From Paracoccaceae bacterium (GTDB lineage Bacteria > Pseudomonadota > Alphaproteobacteria > Rhodobacterales > Rhodobacteraceae), in NCBI GenBank assembly GCA_965183835.1, contig CBCYME010000010.1, positions 188,102 through 252,101 of the forward strand: a DNA stretch of 64,000 nucleotides, written 5' to 3'. Made by a program: the position numbers and the translations under genes. Within the stretch, counting starts at the first letter, position 1. Every line of letters starts with the position of its first letter. Below are positions 46,501 through 55,400 of this stretch, one piece after another. The notes below the pieces were generated by a model. It was not told the origin of the DNA. It was given only the letters and a program-made list of their open reading frames with translations, and did no database searches.

Positions 46501-49001
46501 ACACCGTCAAACAGGGGTTTGATCCCCAGAACAGGTGTATCCGGCAACACCGGCGCAACCAATCGCCGCTCAACCGGGCGCGATGATCCGTCTGCAACCC
46601 GCGCGATTACGGTCGCTTCGAGCGGTTTGCCCGCTGCGCCGAGGCGCGGAATTTCGACTGGAACAAAAGCCTGCCCTTTGTCGTCCGTTTTCTGATTTCC
46701 GAAATAGCTGCTCTGTGCCGAGGCGCTCTCATCATGGCGACCGAACTGATAACCGGGCCACTCTGCCAATTGTGAGGCCGCGCGCAGCACAACCTGACCG
46801 TCAATTTTCAGATCAGACCCCGGTGCACCAAAGAGATATTTTGCCTGAACCTGTAACGGGGGGCTTTCGCCCGGGCGCAGCGGTGCATTCGGCAATGAAA
46901 GCGCAAAGTCGATCCGCTCTGGCAGGAAATCTTCGACCAGGACCGTTTGGGTTGCGACGCTTTGGCCTTTGGGGTCGGTCTTGATATCCAACCGCCACGC
47001 TCCGCGTGGAACGCTTGATCCAACGGGAAACGAAAAGACGTGCCCCCCAACATTGCCACCGCCGGAAACAAGGCGGCGATATTCCACCCCATCCGGGCGG
47101 CTGAGGACCGCCGTCAATGGCACCCCTTCGAGGGCCGTAACAGCATCATCGCGCGTCAGAACCGTTGCATGGATCACTTCACCTGCCCGATAAGCGCCGC
47201 GATCCGTGGTCAAAAAGACATCGACCGGCCCCGCAGGTGCACGCCCTTCGACGCCGCGATCCGACAAATCAAAGGCCGGATCTGTCAGAGAGAGAAACCC
47301 AAGATCCGTGTCATCAAGTGTCGCCAAAACCATTGCAGGCGCTGCTGATCCATCCCCACGCGCCAAGCCCGGTTCAAAGCGGGCGTACCCCCCTGTATCC
47401 GTGGTCAGTTTTCCCAGCACAGCATTTGCCCGAGACACCAGCGTCACCTCGACCCCGGCTTTGGGCAACGCATCCCCCAAGCCACGGACAGTGACGTGCA
47501 ACCCATCTGTACCCGACATCGTGCTGATTCCCAGATCGCTGAGAACAAACCACTGTGTGGCGCCCGGGTCGTCATAAGGATCCGCCCCCGGAACTTGTGC
47601 GGTCAGCGCATAAATTCCAGCCGGTTGCCCGGCAATCGCCTCGCCCATTGGTAAACGGGTTACCATGTCTTGGTTCAGCTCATTCTGGACCTCACCCGTG
47701 CCAGACCAGACATCCTGTGCAATTTCACTTGCAAAGCTCTGATCCTGCCAGTGGTTCAGTGGGCGGCCAAAATACCCATCCTGAACAGCGCGCAGCAAAT
47801 TCCGATCACTCACCCGACGCAATTTCAACTCTAACCCGGTCAAGTTAACCGTCTGAACGGGCAAGGCCGCATCAGCGGATTTAGGCAGCACATAGGATCG
47901 CCCCGGAAATTTCACCGACGGCGCACGATCACGGACATAATGCGTCAGCTCAACATCTTTGTGCAGAACCTCTCCCGAGACAGAGGGCAATCCCTGACGC
48001 AACAGAATGCGATATCTGCTGCCATGCGCGACCCCATCAACGCACAACTGAGAGCCCTCAATCTGCACCACAAGAGAGGATGATGGCAGATTGACGAAGG
48101 GTTCGTAGTCTACCCCCGCTTTGACCAAAGGTTCTGAAAATTGCGCGCAGATTCGCGGTGCTGTTGAATCGCTTTCCACGGTGCTGTCGACGACCCGAAA
48201 CCCGTATTTCGCTATCGCGGTTTCCAGTGCGCGGGCAATGTCATCCCGAGGTTGCAGCGTATTGGCCAATCGCAACGCAGCCAGCATATCCCGACCGCGC
48301 CCGGATTTCTCCAAACTCTCTGAAAGCACCTGCAGTGCAGATACTTGCGCGCCTGTATTCTGCGCCCGCAGATATCCATTCACCGCCGCAGACAAGGCGC
48401 GCGCGCGATATGCTTTCTGGCGGTTGCTGTTGCTCAGCTCGATTGCGAGCAAGGCGTTGGCATATTCTGTCCACAGATCCCCCCGGTCGCTGAGTGAAAC
48501 CGCGACCCCGACCCATTGCATATGTCGGATGTCATCCCCAGCCGAGGCCCGCGCGGCCCCCAAAACAGACTCTAGATCCAATCCACCGGCGGCATGGCGC
48601 AGCCCTAAATCCCGGCCCTGCGCCCGTGCCACATCAAAATCCTGAGACTTGAGGAACCCCAGATCTGTAATCCGCGTTTGCGCCAAGTTTTGTACATCTG
48701 CTGTGATGGCCACCTTAAGCGCTGATACCGCGCCTTCGTAGGGGGTTTGTTCGCTCACCCCCCGCTTGGGAAAACACGCATTGGAGCGGGCGTTAAACGT
48801 AAACGCCTGACAAGACGCTTGTGCGGAACAGGCCTGAACGCAGGCAGACAGATCCGTATCAAATAGGGAATCCAGATCTGACCCGTAAAAATCCATATCT
48901 TTTGAAACAATGTAGCGGAAATCTGGCAGCGCCTGTTGCGCCATTGCGCCTTGGGCAATCGAACAAAATAAAGCAAATAAAATATAACAAAAACGTGGCA
49001 T
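43578..49001 (-). CDS. Alpha-2-macroglobulin family protein (YfhM-like) with an N-terminal PAN/Apple-like domain
   Basis: ATG 49001 has GGAGGG upstream and gives the signal peptide MPRFCYILFALFCSIAQGAMA. The thioester motif GCTEQ lies at 44895-44906. It encodes ~1800 aa and pairs with pbpC. Confidence 0.9.
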   Translation of the reverse strand: MPRFCYILFALFCSIAQGAMAQQALPDFRYIVSKDMDFYGSDLDSLFDTDLSACVQACSAQASCQAFTFNARSNACFPKRGVSEQTPYEGAVSALKVAITADVQNLAQTRITDLGFLKSQDFDVARAQGRDLGLRHAAGGLDLESVLGAARASAGDDIRHMQWVGVAVSLSDRGDLWTEYANALLAIELSNSNRQKAYRARALSAAVNGYLRAQNTGAQVSALQVLSESLEKSGRGRDMLAALRLANTLQPRDDIARALETAIAKYGFRVVDSTVESDSTAPRICAQFSEPLVKAGVDYEPFVNLPSSSLVVQIEGSQLCVDGVAHGSRYRILLRQGLPSVSGEVLHKDVELTHYVRDRAPSVKFPGRSYVLPKSADAALPVQTVNLTGLELKLRRVSDRNLLRAVQDGYFGRPLNHWQDQSFASEIAQDVWSGTGEVQNELNQDMVTRLPMGEAIAGQPAGIYALTAQVPGADPYDDPGATQWFVLSDLGISTMSGTDGLHVTVRGLGDALPKAGVEVTLVSRANAVLGKLTTDTGGYARFEPGLARGDGSAAPAMVLATLDDTDLGFLSLTDPAFDLSDRGVEGRAPAGPVDVFLTTDRGAYRAGEVIHATVLTRDDAVTALEGVPLTAVLSRPDGVEYRRLVSGGGNVGGHVFSFPVGSSVPRGAWRLDIKTDPKGQSVATQTVLVEDFLPERIDFALSLPNAPLRPGESPPLQVQAKYLFGAPGSDLKIDGQVVLRAASQLAEWPGYQFGRHDESASAQSSYFGNQKTDDKGQAFVPVEIPRLGAAGKPLEATVIARVADGSSRPVERRLVAPVLPDTPVLGIKPLFDGVVSEGTEAAFEIIGLTPDLTPTPMQVRWTLNRVETRYQWYQLYGNWNWEPVTRRTRIATGDATLQGQPLSVSHPVDWGTYELVVERIDGGYVAASADFYAGWYQAADASSTPDRLELSLDQDSYQPGDTANLRIVPRAAGTALITVMSNKVIHHQSVEVPAGASVIPLEVTEDWGTGAYVTASVIRPMDVSAGQNPARALGLAHATVDPIGKRLAVSVEVPEVAQPRQTQQAKVVVSGAAAGEEVWMTLAAVDVGILNLTGFESPDPDGHYFGQRRLGVELRDVYGRLIDGLNGAVGSVRSGGDANAGMRSQSPPPTQDLMARFSGPIEVGVDGTATVDIDLPAFNGTVRLMVVAWSKTAVGQAEQDMIVRDPVVVTASLPRFLAPGDDSQILLEIVHADGPAGDMTVTLAGDNALQLATQPDAFTLETGGKATFRVPVKAVQSGVGNIDVVLTTPDDRVLRQTLRLPVQSNDPVVAQTRRFTLGAGDSFLFSKDVFTGLRTGSAQAILSAGALARFDAPGLLTALDRYPYGCTEQVTSQAMPLLYLSSVAQAAGLGDGPAVRARIDASIARVLTRQASNGAFGLWRAESGDFWLDAYASDFLSRARTEGHVVPDRAFTQAMDNLRNRINYAPDFDIGGEDIAYALMVLAREGAAAMGDLRYYADVKGDGFATPLAAAQLGAALASYGDQTRADRMFSRAAQLIDRQEGHEGPFWRADYGTSVRDTAGVLALAVEAGSAVVDRNRLITQVSQETETMSTQESAWTLLAAQALVKSPETSGLRVNGSPVEGPFVQILSNATQEAMNITTIGSGDQDITLTTLGIPTVAPPAGGTGYSIQRQYFSMEGGEINGPSFVVGDRFVAVVTVQPFEDSGARLMVRDPLPAGFEIDNPSLLRSGDVRALEWLNLSDATHSEFRSDSFLAAVDIGGRDPVTLAYVVRAVSAGQFHHPAASVEDMYRPRFRARTDTSRVTVQD

Positions 49002-49138
49002 GCCGCCCTCCGATCTCATCAGAGCGTGGCACGAGTCCCCTCACAATGGCAACGATTTCCCGCAGCACATTAGGGTTTAAACACTTATTCACCGACTCAT
49101 CCGATGGTGGGCGCCACGAACCGCTAAGGACAACTTAA

Positions 49139-51388
49139 ATGAGCCTTGTCAACAAACTTGCCGAGGAACGGCGCGCACGTTTATCAGCTGAACGTTTGCT
49201 TGAGCTCAAGCAAGCGGAGCTGTCGGCCGCGAACCGTAAACTGGGCCGTCATGCACTTGCATTGACGAAACAGATTGATGCCAAGCAAGCCGAGGTGGCA
49301 ACCGTTCGTGACGAAAATGAAAAGGTGAAATCCGACCTGACCGTGGCCCATGCCAAGGTTGAAATTGCTGAACGGCGGTTGTGGCATTCTATTCAAACCA
49401 TTCAGGATGGGTTTGCGTTTTTCGATTCCGACAGCACGCTGATTGGCGCCAACGCGGCCTATCTGAATGCGTTTGACGGTCTGGAAGAGGTGACGCCGGG
49501 GATTTCATACGCGCGCATTTTACAGCTTTTCACAGATGAGGGCGTTGTAAACACAGAACAGCTCAGCCCTGAAGAGTGGCGCGATATGATGACCGAGCGT
49601 TGGGTGTCACCCAATCCGGAACCTTTTGTCATGCGGATGTGGAACGACCAATACATCAAGCTCATTGATCAACGCGGCCACGGGGGGGATGTGGTCAGTC
49701 TGGCGCTGAACATTACCTCAACAGTCCGGTACGAAGCCGAATTGCGCGCCGCGCGCGAACGCGCCGAAAGCGCCAACCGCGCGAAATCTGCCTTCTTGGC
49801 GAATATGAGCCATGAAATTCGCACCCCCATGAACGGGGTCGTGGGCATGGCGGAGCTGTTAACCGACACGAGCTTGAGCGAGGAGCAAAGGCTTTACGCC
49901 AACACGATCAAGAACTCTGGCGAAGCGCTGTTGGTTATCATCAACGATGTTTTGGATTATTCCAAAATCGAAGCTGATAAGTTGGTTCTGCATCCAGAAC
50001 CCTTTGATCTGGAACATTGCATCCACGAGGTTGCAATGTTGTTGCAGCCTTCGGTGCGCGACAAAGATCTGACTCTGTTGGTTGATTACGATCTGTTCCT
50101 TCCGACAATCTTTTCAGGTGATCCTGGGCGCGTGCGTCAGGTTTTGACAAATCTTGTGGGCAATGCAGTCAAATTTACCAAAGCCGGGCACGTGCTTATT
50201 CGCGTCACCGGTGTGCCAGATCCCGTTTCCCAAAGCTGCGCAATTCACATCGCGATCGAAGATACCGGGATTGGGATTCCGGACAGCAAAATCAATCACA
50301 TTTTCGGGGAATTCAACCAAGTCGAAGATGAACGAAACCGCCAATTCGAAGGGACCGGGCTTGGCCTGGCCATTTCTCAGCGTCTGATTGAACTGATGGG
50401 CGGGTCTGTTTGGGTTGAAAGCGAAGAAGGCAAGGGATCGTGTTTTGGCTTTCGGGTTCCGATGCCAATGGCCGAAGGTCCCCAACCCTCCCCGCCACAT
50501 CTTTCGCACAACATGCGCCACGTGATGGTGGTTGAAAACCTGTGCGTCAATCGCGCGATCCTTGAGAAACAGATGTCTCAGATCGGGGCAAAAGTCACCT
50601 CTTGCGCGACGGCGGACGAGGCTTTGGAGCTTTTGGATGATACAGTAGACATCATCCTAAGTGATCAAAACATCCCGGATCTCAACGGTTTGGAGCTAGC
50701 AAAGACAGTCCGGGCCAAAGGATGGGCGGACATCCCGTTTGTCTTGCTCAGTTCCAACCAACGCGAGGCGCAGGCGGACCCTGCCAGCGAACACCTGCAG
50801 TGTATTTTGCAAAAACCCGTTCCCAGAGCTGAACTGTTTTCACGTCTGGCTTCGCTCACCCCTCCTGCTGGTGAGAAACCCGAACGCAGCGCAGCCTTGG
50901 GCAAGCCCGAAGCCGTAGCCCCCCCGCCAGAGCCAAGCCCCCCGGTCGCGCCACAAGATCCAGAAGGGCCCCATACCGAAAAGCGTTTGATGCGGGTCTT
51001 GGCCGCCGAAGACAATCGCACCAATCAACTTGTGTTCCGCAAGATGGTGCAAAAGCTCAACGTTGAGCTTAAGTTCGCAAACAACGGGCTGGAGGCTGTA
51101 GAAGCTTATTCGACGTTCCGGCCTGATCTGATCTTTATGGATATTTCGATGCCCAAAATGGACGGCAAAGAAGCCACAAAAGAAATTCGGAAACTAGAAG
51201 CTGGAACCGGACAACATGTCCCGATTGTGGCCCTGACCGCCCATGCTATGACGGGCGATTCAGATGGTATTTTGGCCGCTGGCTTAGACCACTATCTGAC
51301 CAAGCCGCTGCGCAAGGCTTTGATTCATGAACGCATATTTGCCTCAGCGCCCAAAGATGCGGACCCTGTGCAGCCCCGGGACGCGTAA
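49139..51388 (+). CDS. Cytoplasmic hybrid sensor histidine kinase/response regulator (coiled coil-PAS-HisKA-HATPase-REC-REC)
   Basis: 749-aa ORF with an H-box (FLANMSHEIRTPMNGV) and N/G boxes (NLVGNAVKFT, DTGIGI, GTGLGL). It has two receiver domains (ILSDQNIPDLNG; IFMDISMPKMDG) and no TM segment. Confidence 0.9.
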   Translation: MSLVNKLAEERRARLSAERLLELKQAELSAANRKLGRHALALTKQIDAKQAEVATVRDENEKVKSDLTVAHAKVEIAERRLWHSIQTIQDGFAFFDSDSTLIGANAAYLNAFDGLEEVTPGISYARILQLFTDEGVVNTEQLSPEEWRDMMTERWVSPNPEPFVMRMWNDQYIKLIDQRGHGGDVVSLALNITSTVRYEAELRAARERAESANRAKSAFLANMSHEIRTPMNGVVGMAELLTDTSLSEEQRLYANTIKNSGEALLVIINDVLDYSKIEADKLVLHPEPFDLEHCIHEVAMLLQPSVRDKDLTLLVDYDLFLPTIFSGDPGRVRQVLTNLVGNAVKFTKAGHVLIRVTGVPDPVSQSCAIHIAIEDTGIGIPDSKINHIFGEFNQVEDERNRQFEGTGLGLAISQRLIELMGGSVWVESEEGKGSCFGFRVPMPMAEGPQPSPPHLSHNMRHVMVVENLCVNRAILEKQMSQIGAKVTSCATADEALELLDDTVDIILSDQNIPDLNGLELAKTVRAKGWADIPFVLLSSNQREAQADPASEHLQCILQKPVPRAELFSRLASLTPPAGEKPERSAALGKPEAVAPPPEPSPPVAPQDPEGPHTEKRLMRVLAAEDNRTNQLVFRKMVQKLNVELKFANNGLEAVEAYSTFRPDLIFMDISMPKMDGKEATKEIRKLEAGTGQHVPIVALTAHAMTGDSDGILAAGLDHYLTKPLRKALIHERIFASAPKDADPVQPRDA

Positions 51389-51407
51389 CCCAATGCGGCG
51401 CCGTGGC

Positions 51408-52181
51408 TCACTTATCTTGATAAGGGCGCACAAAAACGGGTTTGTTCGGCTCTGACAGATCAGCCCGGAATTCATAGCCGCCGATATCAAAATCGTTCAG
51501 CGCCTCTGCATCCGTCAGCCGATTTTGAACAATGTACCGCGCCATCGCGCCCCGCGCCTTTTTGGCAAAAAAGCTAACGATCTTGGGGGCCGGGCCTTTG
51601 TCTTCCATAAAGACCGGCGTCACGACCCGCAATTTCAGCGCCTTGGGGGCCACGGCGCCAAAGTATTCCTGACTCGCACAGTTGACCAAGACATCGGTCC
51701 CGATGTCCGCCGCCTGCGCGTTCAAGCCTTTGCTCAGATCATCGCGCCAATACTCGTACAAGGACGTGCCACGTCTTGTTTTCAGCTTGCTGCCCATCTC
51801 CAGACGATAGGCCTGAATGAGGTCCAGCGGACGCAACAAACCATAAAGACCCGACAAGATACGCAGGTGATCTTGTGCCCAGGCCATCTCATCCGCATCC
51901 AGCGATGCGGCCTCGAGGCCCTGATAGGTGTCACCAGCAAAAGCCAATGCAGCGGGGCGCGTTACATCAGCTGTCGGTTCGGGTTCAAAGGATTTGAACC
52001 GATCCCGGTTCAAGCGCGCCAAATCAGGGCTGATATCCATCAGCTTTTGTAGATCGCCAAGGGTCAGGTTCCGCGCGGTTTTCACCAGTCGGATCGCATC
52101 CTCTTGATAGTCGGGTTCTGTCGCAACCACATCACGCTCTGCCCAATCCAGCCGTTTGGCCGGAGAAATCACCACCAACAT
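51408..52181 (-). CDS. yaaA: Peroxide stress protein YaaA (UPF0246/DUF328)
   Basis: 257-aa ORF with the N-terminus MLVVISPAKRLD and the motif YQGL...LRILSGLYGLLRPLD. Confidence 0.9.
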   Translation of the reverse strand: MLVVISPAKRLDWAERDVVATEPDYQEDAIRLVKTARNLTLGDLQKLMDISPDLARLNRDRFKSFEPEPTADVTRPAALAFAGDTYQGLEAASLDADEMAWAQDHLRILSGLYGLLRPLDLIQAYRLEMGSKLKTRRGTSLYEYWRDDLSKGLNAQAADIGTDVLVNCASQEYFGAVAPKALKLRVVTPVFMEDKGPAPKIVSFFAKKARGAMARYIVQNRLTDAEALNDFDIGGYEFRADLSEPNKPVFVRPYQDK

Positions 52182-52213
52182 TTCAGTCCCCCAATTCCAT
52201 TGTTCCAGCTGAT

Positions 52214-54253
52214 CTAGCTTGCAGCACGCAGCACGTCCAGAAAAGCAGCAGCAAAACGTTCTGCGCGACGTTCACCCAAGACGCGTTCCACCCCTTGTGA
52301 ATCGTCTGGGCGCATCTGTGCGACTTTGGCCAATTGCGAGGCAGAACAGCTAAGCGGTTTGTCCACCCCATCCGTGCCACGTGACAATTCTGCCTGTACT
52401 TCAAGCAGTTGGTCATAGACCTCGGCCGTGCCGCGCCCTGCCAATTTGCGGCGGGCCGGGTGAAGCTCTTCGATCGCGCCGGTGATCACTTCGAGAAACA
52501 GCGCGCCATAGCGTTCGAGTTTCTTTGCACCCACGCCAGCCACGCGCGCCATTTGATCCAACGTGCCCGGGCGCGTTTCCGCCATTTCGATCAACGTGCG
52601 ATCCGGAAAGATCACGTATGCTGGAACTTTGGCGGCTTCGGCCAGAAACCTGCGTTTCGCTTTGAGTGCGGACAGCAGTGGCGCATCCTCATCCGAGACC
52701 ATGGCTTTGACAGCGGGTCGGCGTGTTGCTTTGCGGATCGAATCCCGACGCAGCTCGATCGTCGCCTCGCCTTTGAGGATCGGTTTGGCGGCCTCGGTCA
52801 TGCGCAACGCGCCGTGGCGGTCCCGATCAGGGCGCACCAGATCATGCCCCATCATCTGACGAAAAATCGCCTGCCACTGTGGCCGGGTGTATTCTTTGCC
52901 AACACCAAACGTTTGGATCTGATCGTGTCGCCGTGCCAGAATCTTGTCAGTCTCAGTGCCCAGCAGAATGTCGATCAGATGGCCAGAGCCAAACCACTCT
53001 TCGGTGCGCAGAATTGCAGACAGGGCTTTGCGCACCGCCATCGTGCCATCAAACACATCGGCGGGGGTATCACACAGATCGCAATGTCCGCATTTTTCTG
53101 CAGTTTCCCCGAAATAACCCAACAGTGTTTTACGACGACACTCCAACGCCTCGGCCAGCCCCAGCAGGGCATTCAATCGCCCATGATCCGCGTCGCGTCG
53201 GTCGGCGGGGGCTAGACCTTCGTCAATCTGGGTGCGCCGCAGGCGGATATCATCAGGGCCAAACAGCGTCAGGGTTTCAGCGGGGCCCCCATCCCGTCCA
53301 GCCCGCCCGATTTCCTGATAATAGGCCTCGATTGATTTGGGCAAATCCGCATGGGCGACCCAGCGGATGTCGGGTTTGTCGATCCCCATGCCAAACGCCA
53401 CGGTTGCCACAACAATCAGACCATCCTCACGGGCGAACCGGGTTTCGACGATACGGCGATCTTCGGCCTCCATCCCGCCGTGGTAATAGCAGGCTGTATG
53501 GCCGGCTTCGCAAAGCCCCTGCGACAGGGTTTCCGTTTTGTTGCGCGTGCCACAATAGACAATGCCCGATTGCCCTTTGCGAGCCGCAGCAAATTCCAGG
53601 ATCTGGCGGCGCGGCCCATCTTTAGCAGTGAAGGCAAGGTGGATATTGGGGCGGTCAAATCCGCGCAAAAAGGCACGTGGGGGCGACCCATCAAAGAGCT
53701 TTTGAACGATCTCTTCTTGGGTTTCCGCATCCGCCGTCGCGGTGAATGCAGCAAGCGGCACATCCAGCGCGCGCCGCAATTCGCCGATCCGCAAATAATC
53801 GGGGCGGAAATCATGGCCCCACTGACTGACGCAATGGGCCTCGTCCACGGCGATCATGCTGACCCCGATCCGGCGCAACATGCCCATGGCCGATCCCGCC
53901 GCCAAACGTTCCGGCGCCATATAGAGCAGTTTCAGGCGTCCGGCTTCTAACGCCTCCCAGACGGCTTCGGTTTCTTCGGGGGTATTGCCCGAGGTCAGCG
54001 CCCCGGCGGCGACGCCTGCTTCTTGCAGGGCGCGCACCTGATCCCGCATCAGGGCGATCAGCGGAGAAATTACCACCGTCACGCCATCACGCATCAAAGC
54101 AGGCAGCTGAAAACAAAGCGATTTACCGCCACCCGTTGGCATGATCGCCAACACGTTTTCACCCGCGGTTACGGCTTGAACGATCTCTTCCTGCCCATCG
54201 CGGAAAGCGTCGAATCCAAAGACATCTCGCAACAGGGTCGCAGAGTCGGGCAT
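52214..54253 (-). CDS. recQ: ATP-dependent DNA helicase RecQ
   Basis: ATG 54253 gives MPDSATLLRDVFGFDAFRDGQ. Helicase motifs are present (PTGGGKSLCFQ, DEAHCVSQWGHDFRP), plus the RQC Zn-finger cysteines and a C-terminal HRDC domain. Confidence 0.93.
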   Translation of the reverse strand: MPDSATLLRDVFGFDAFRDGQEEIVQAVTAGENVLAIMPTGGGKSLCFQLPALMRDGVTVVISPLIALMRDQVRALQEAGVAAGALTSGNTPEETEAVWEALEAGRLKLLYMAPERLAAGSAMGMLRRIGVSMIAVDEAHCVSQWGHDFRPDYLRIGELRRALDVPLAAFTATADAETQEEIVQKLFDGSPPRAFLRGFDRPNIHLAFTAKDGPRRQILEFAAARKGQSGIVYCGTRNKTETLSQGLCEAGHTACYYHGGMEAEDRRIVETRFAREDGLIVVATVAFGMGIDKPDIRWVAHADLPKSIEAYYQEIGRAGRDGGPAETLTLFGPDDIRLRRTQIDEGLAPADRRDADHGRLNALLGLAEALECRRKTLLGYFGETAEKCGHCDLCDTPADVFDGTMAVRKALSAILRTEEWFGSGHLIDILLGTETDKILARRHDQIQTFGVGKEYTRPQWQAIFRQMMGHDLVRPDRDRHGALRMTEAAKPILKGEATIELRRDSIRKATRRPAVKAMVSDEDAPLLSALKAKRRFLAEAAKVPAYVIFPDRTLIEMAETRPGTLDQMARVAGVGAKKLERYGALFLEVITGAIEELHPARRKLAGRGTAEVYDQLLEVQAELSRGTDGVDKPLSCSASQLAKVAQMRPDDSQGVERVLGERRAERFAAAFLDVLRAAS

Positions 54254-54325
54254 TATTGGCAGGCCTCGTATGTGATGTTGTCTATCTGCTCTTGCAGGAC
54301 ACAATCACATACTAAGAATCAGGGA

Positions 54326-54349
54326 ACAAGAGGGCGCGCGCCCTCTTGT
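54326..54349 (-). terminator. Perfect 24-nt palindrome between yggT and recQ (probable terminator)
   Basis: ACAAGAGGGCGC/GCGCCCTCTTGT lies 45 nt downstream of the yggT stop, on the minus strand. Confidence 0.45.
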
Positions 54350-54393
54350 CCGGACATACCGTCTGGGTAGATCCCAACCGTCAGGTCACCGGG

Positions 54394-54681
54394 TCAGTAG
54401 AAAAACGCGATGTTGTTGGTCAAGATAATACGGGCTGCAAAAACCCCCAGCAGCACGATCAATGGAGCCAAGTCCAACCCCGACATCGGCGGCAGCATCC
54501 GGCGGATCGGACCATAAAGCGGCTCTAACACGCGATTCAATCCATACCAGATCTGCGAAACAAGTTGTTGGTTCAGGTTTAGAACCTGAAAATTGATCAG
54601 CCAGCTCATGATCACATGAGCGATAATGAAGAACCAGACGACGTCCAGGATCAGCATCAGGATTTGGAACAGAGATTGCAT
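54394..54681 (-). CDS. YggT family membrane protein
   Basis: 95-aa ORF with YggT-type sequence (FIIAHVIMSWLINFQVLN...PIRRMLPPMSGLDLAPL). Confidence 0.8.
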   Translation of the reverse strand: MQSLFQILMLILDVVWFFIIAHVIMSWLINFQVLNLNQQLVSQIWYGLNRVLEPLYGPIRRMLPPMSGLDLAPLIVLLGVFAARIILTNNIAFFY

Positions 54682-54811
54682 AGAAGCTCGCCTTTATTTG
54701 AACCGTGTCAGACCTAAGCAGCCAAGACAAAAAGGGCAAGGGTTTCGCAAGGTTGTGGTTGACGTCACGCCGCATTGCGGCATGAGAGGCGCAAAGAAAG
54801 GTTCCATTCCC

Positions 54812-55360
54812 ATGTTTCCGATTGTTCGCCTGATCAAAGATCTGATGGTTGCCCGCCGTATGCCGCCCTTGAAGCTGACTGAAACCCATGTGTCATCTCA
54901 CATTTGTTGGCCTTGGGACCTGGATATCTGGCTGGAGCTGAACAATGGCCGTGCGATGACGCTGTATGATTTGGGGCGCAGCATGAATGCGCAACGTGTG
55001 GGATTGATCAGCGTGATCACCAAAAAGCGCTGGGGCATGACAATGGCCGGCAGCACCGTGCGTTTTCGCCGTCGTATTCGCGGGTTTGAACGGTTCGAAA
55101 TGCGCAGCCGGGCTGTGTGCTGGGACGACAAGTTCATCTACCTCGAACAATCCATGTGGAAAAAGAACGGCGAATGCGCCAGCCACGTTTTATTCCGGGC
55201 CGCAGTCACCAACTCCAAAGGCATCGTAGCGCCAAGCCGGGTGTTGGCGGAAATGGGTCAAACAGACAGCACATCGCCTGAAATGCCGGAATGGATTGCG
55301 GCGTGGTGCGCGGCTGACGGGTTGCGCCCTTGGCCCCCCATGCAAGAGAGCCTTGCCTAA
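54812..55360 (+). CDS. Thioesterase-like (hotdog fold, 4HBT_2-type) family protein
   Basis: The internal ATG at 54812 gives MFPIVRLIKDLMV.... The motif CWPWDLDIWLELNNGRAMTLYDLGR is characteristic of this family. The upstream part of the ORF overlaps yggT. Confidence 0.65.
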   Translation: MFPIVRLIKDLMVARRMPPLKLTETHVSSHICWPWDLDIWLELNNGRAMTLYDLGRSMNAQRVGLISVITKKRWGMTMAGSTVRFRRRIRGFERFEMRSRAVCWDDKFIYLEQSMWKKNGECASHVLFRAAVTNSKGIVAPSRVLAEMGQTDSTSPEMPEWIAAWCAADGLRPWPPMQESLA

Positions 55361-55400
55361 AGCGGATAGAACCCGTCTTATCACACCAACTCTTTCGGGG

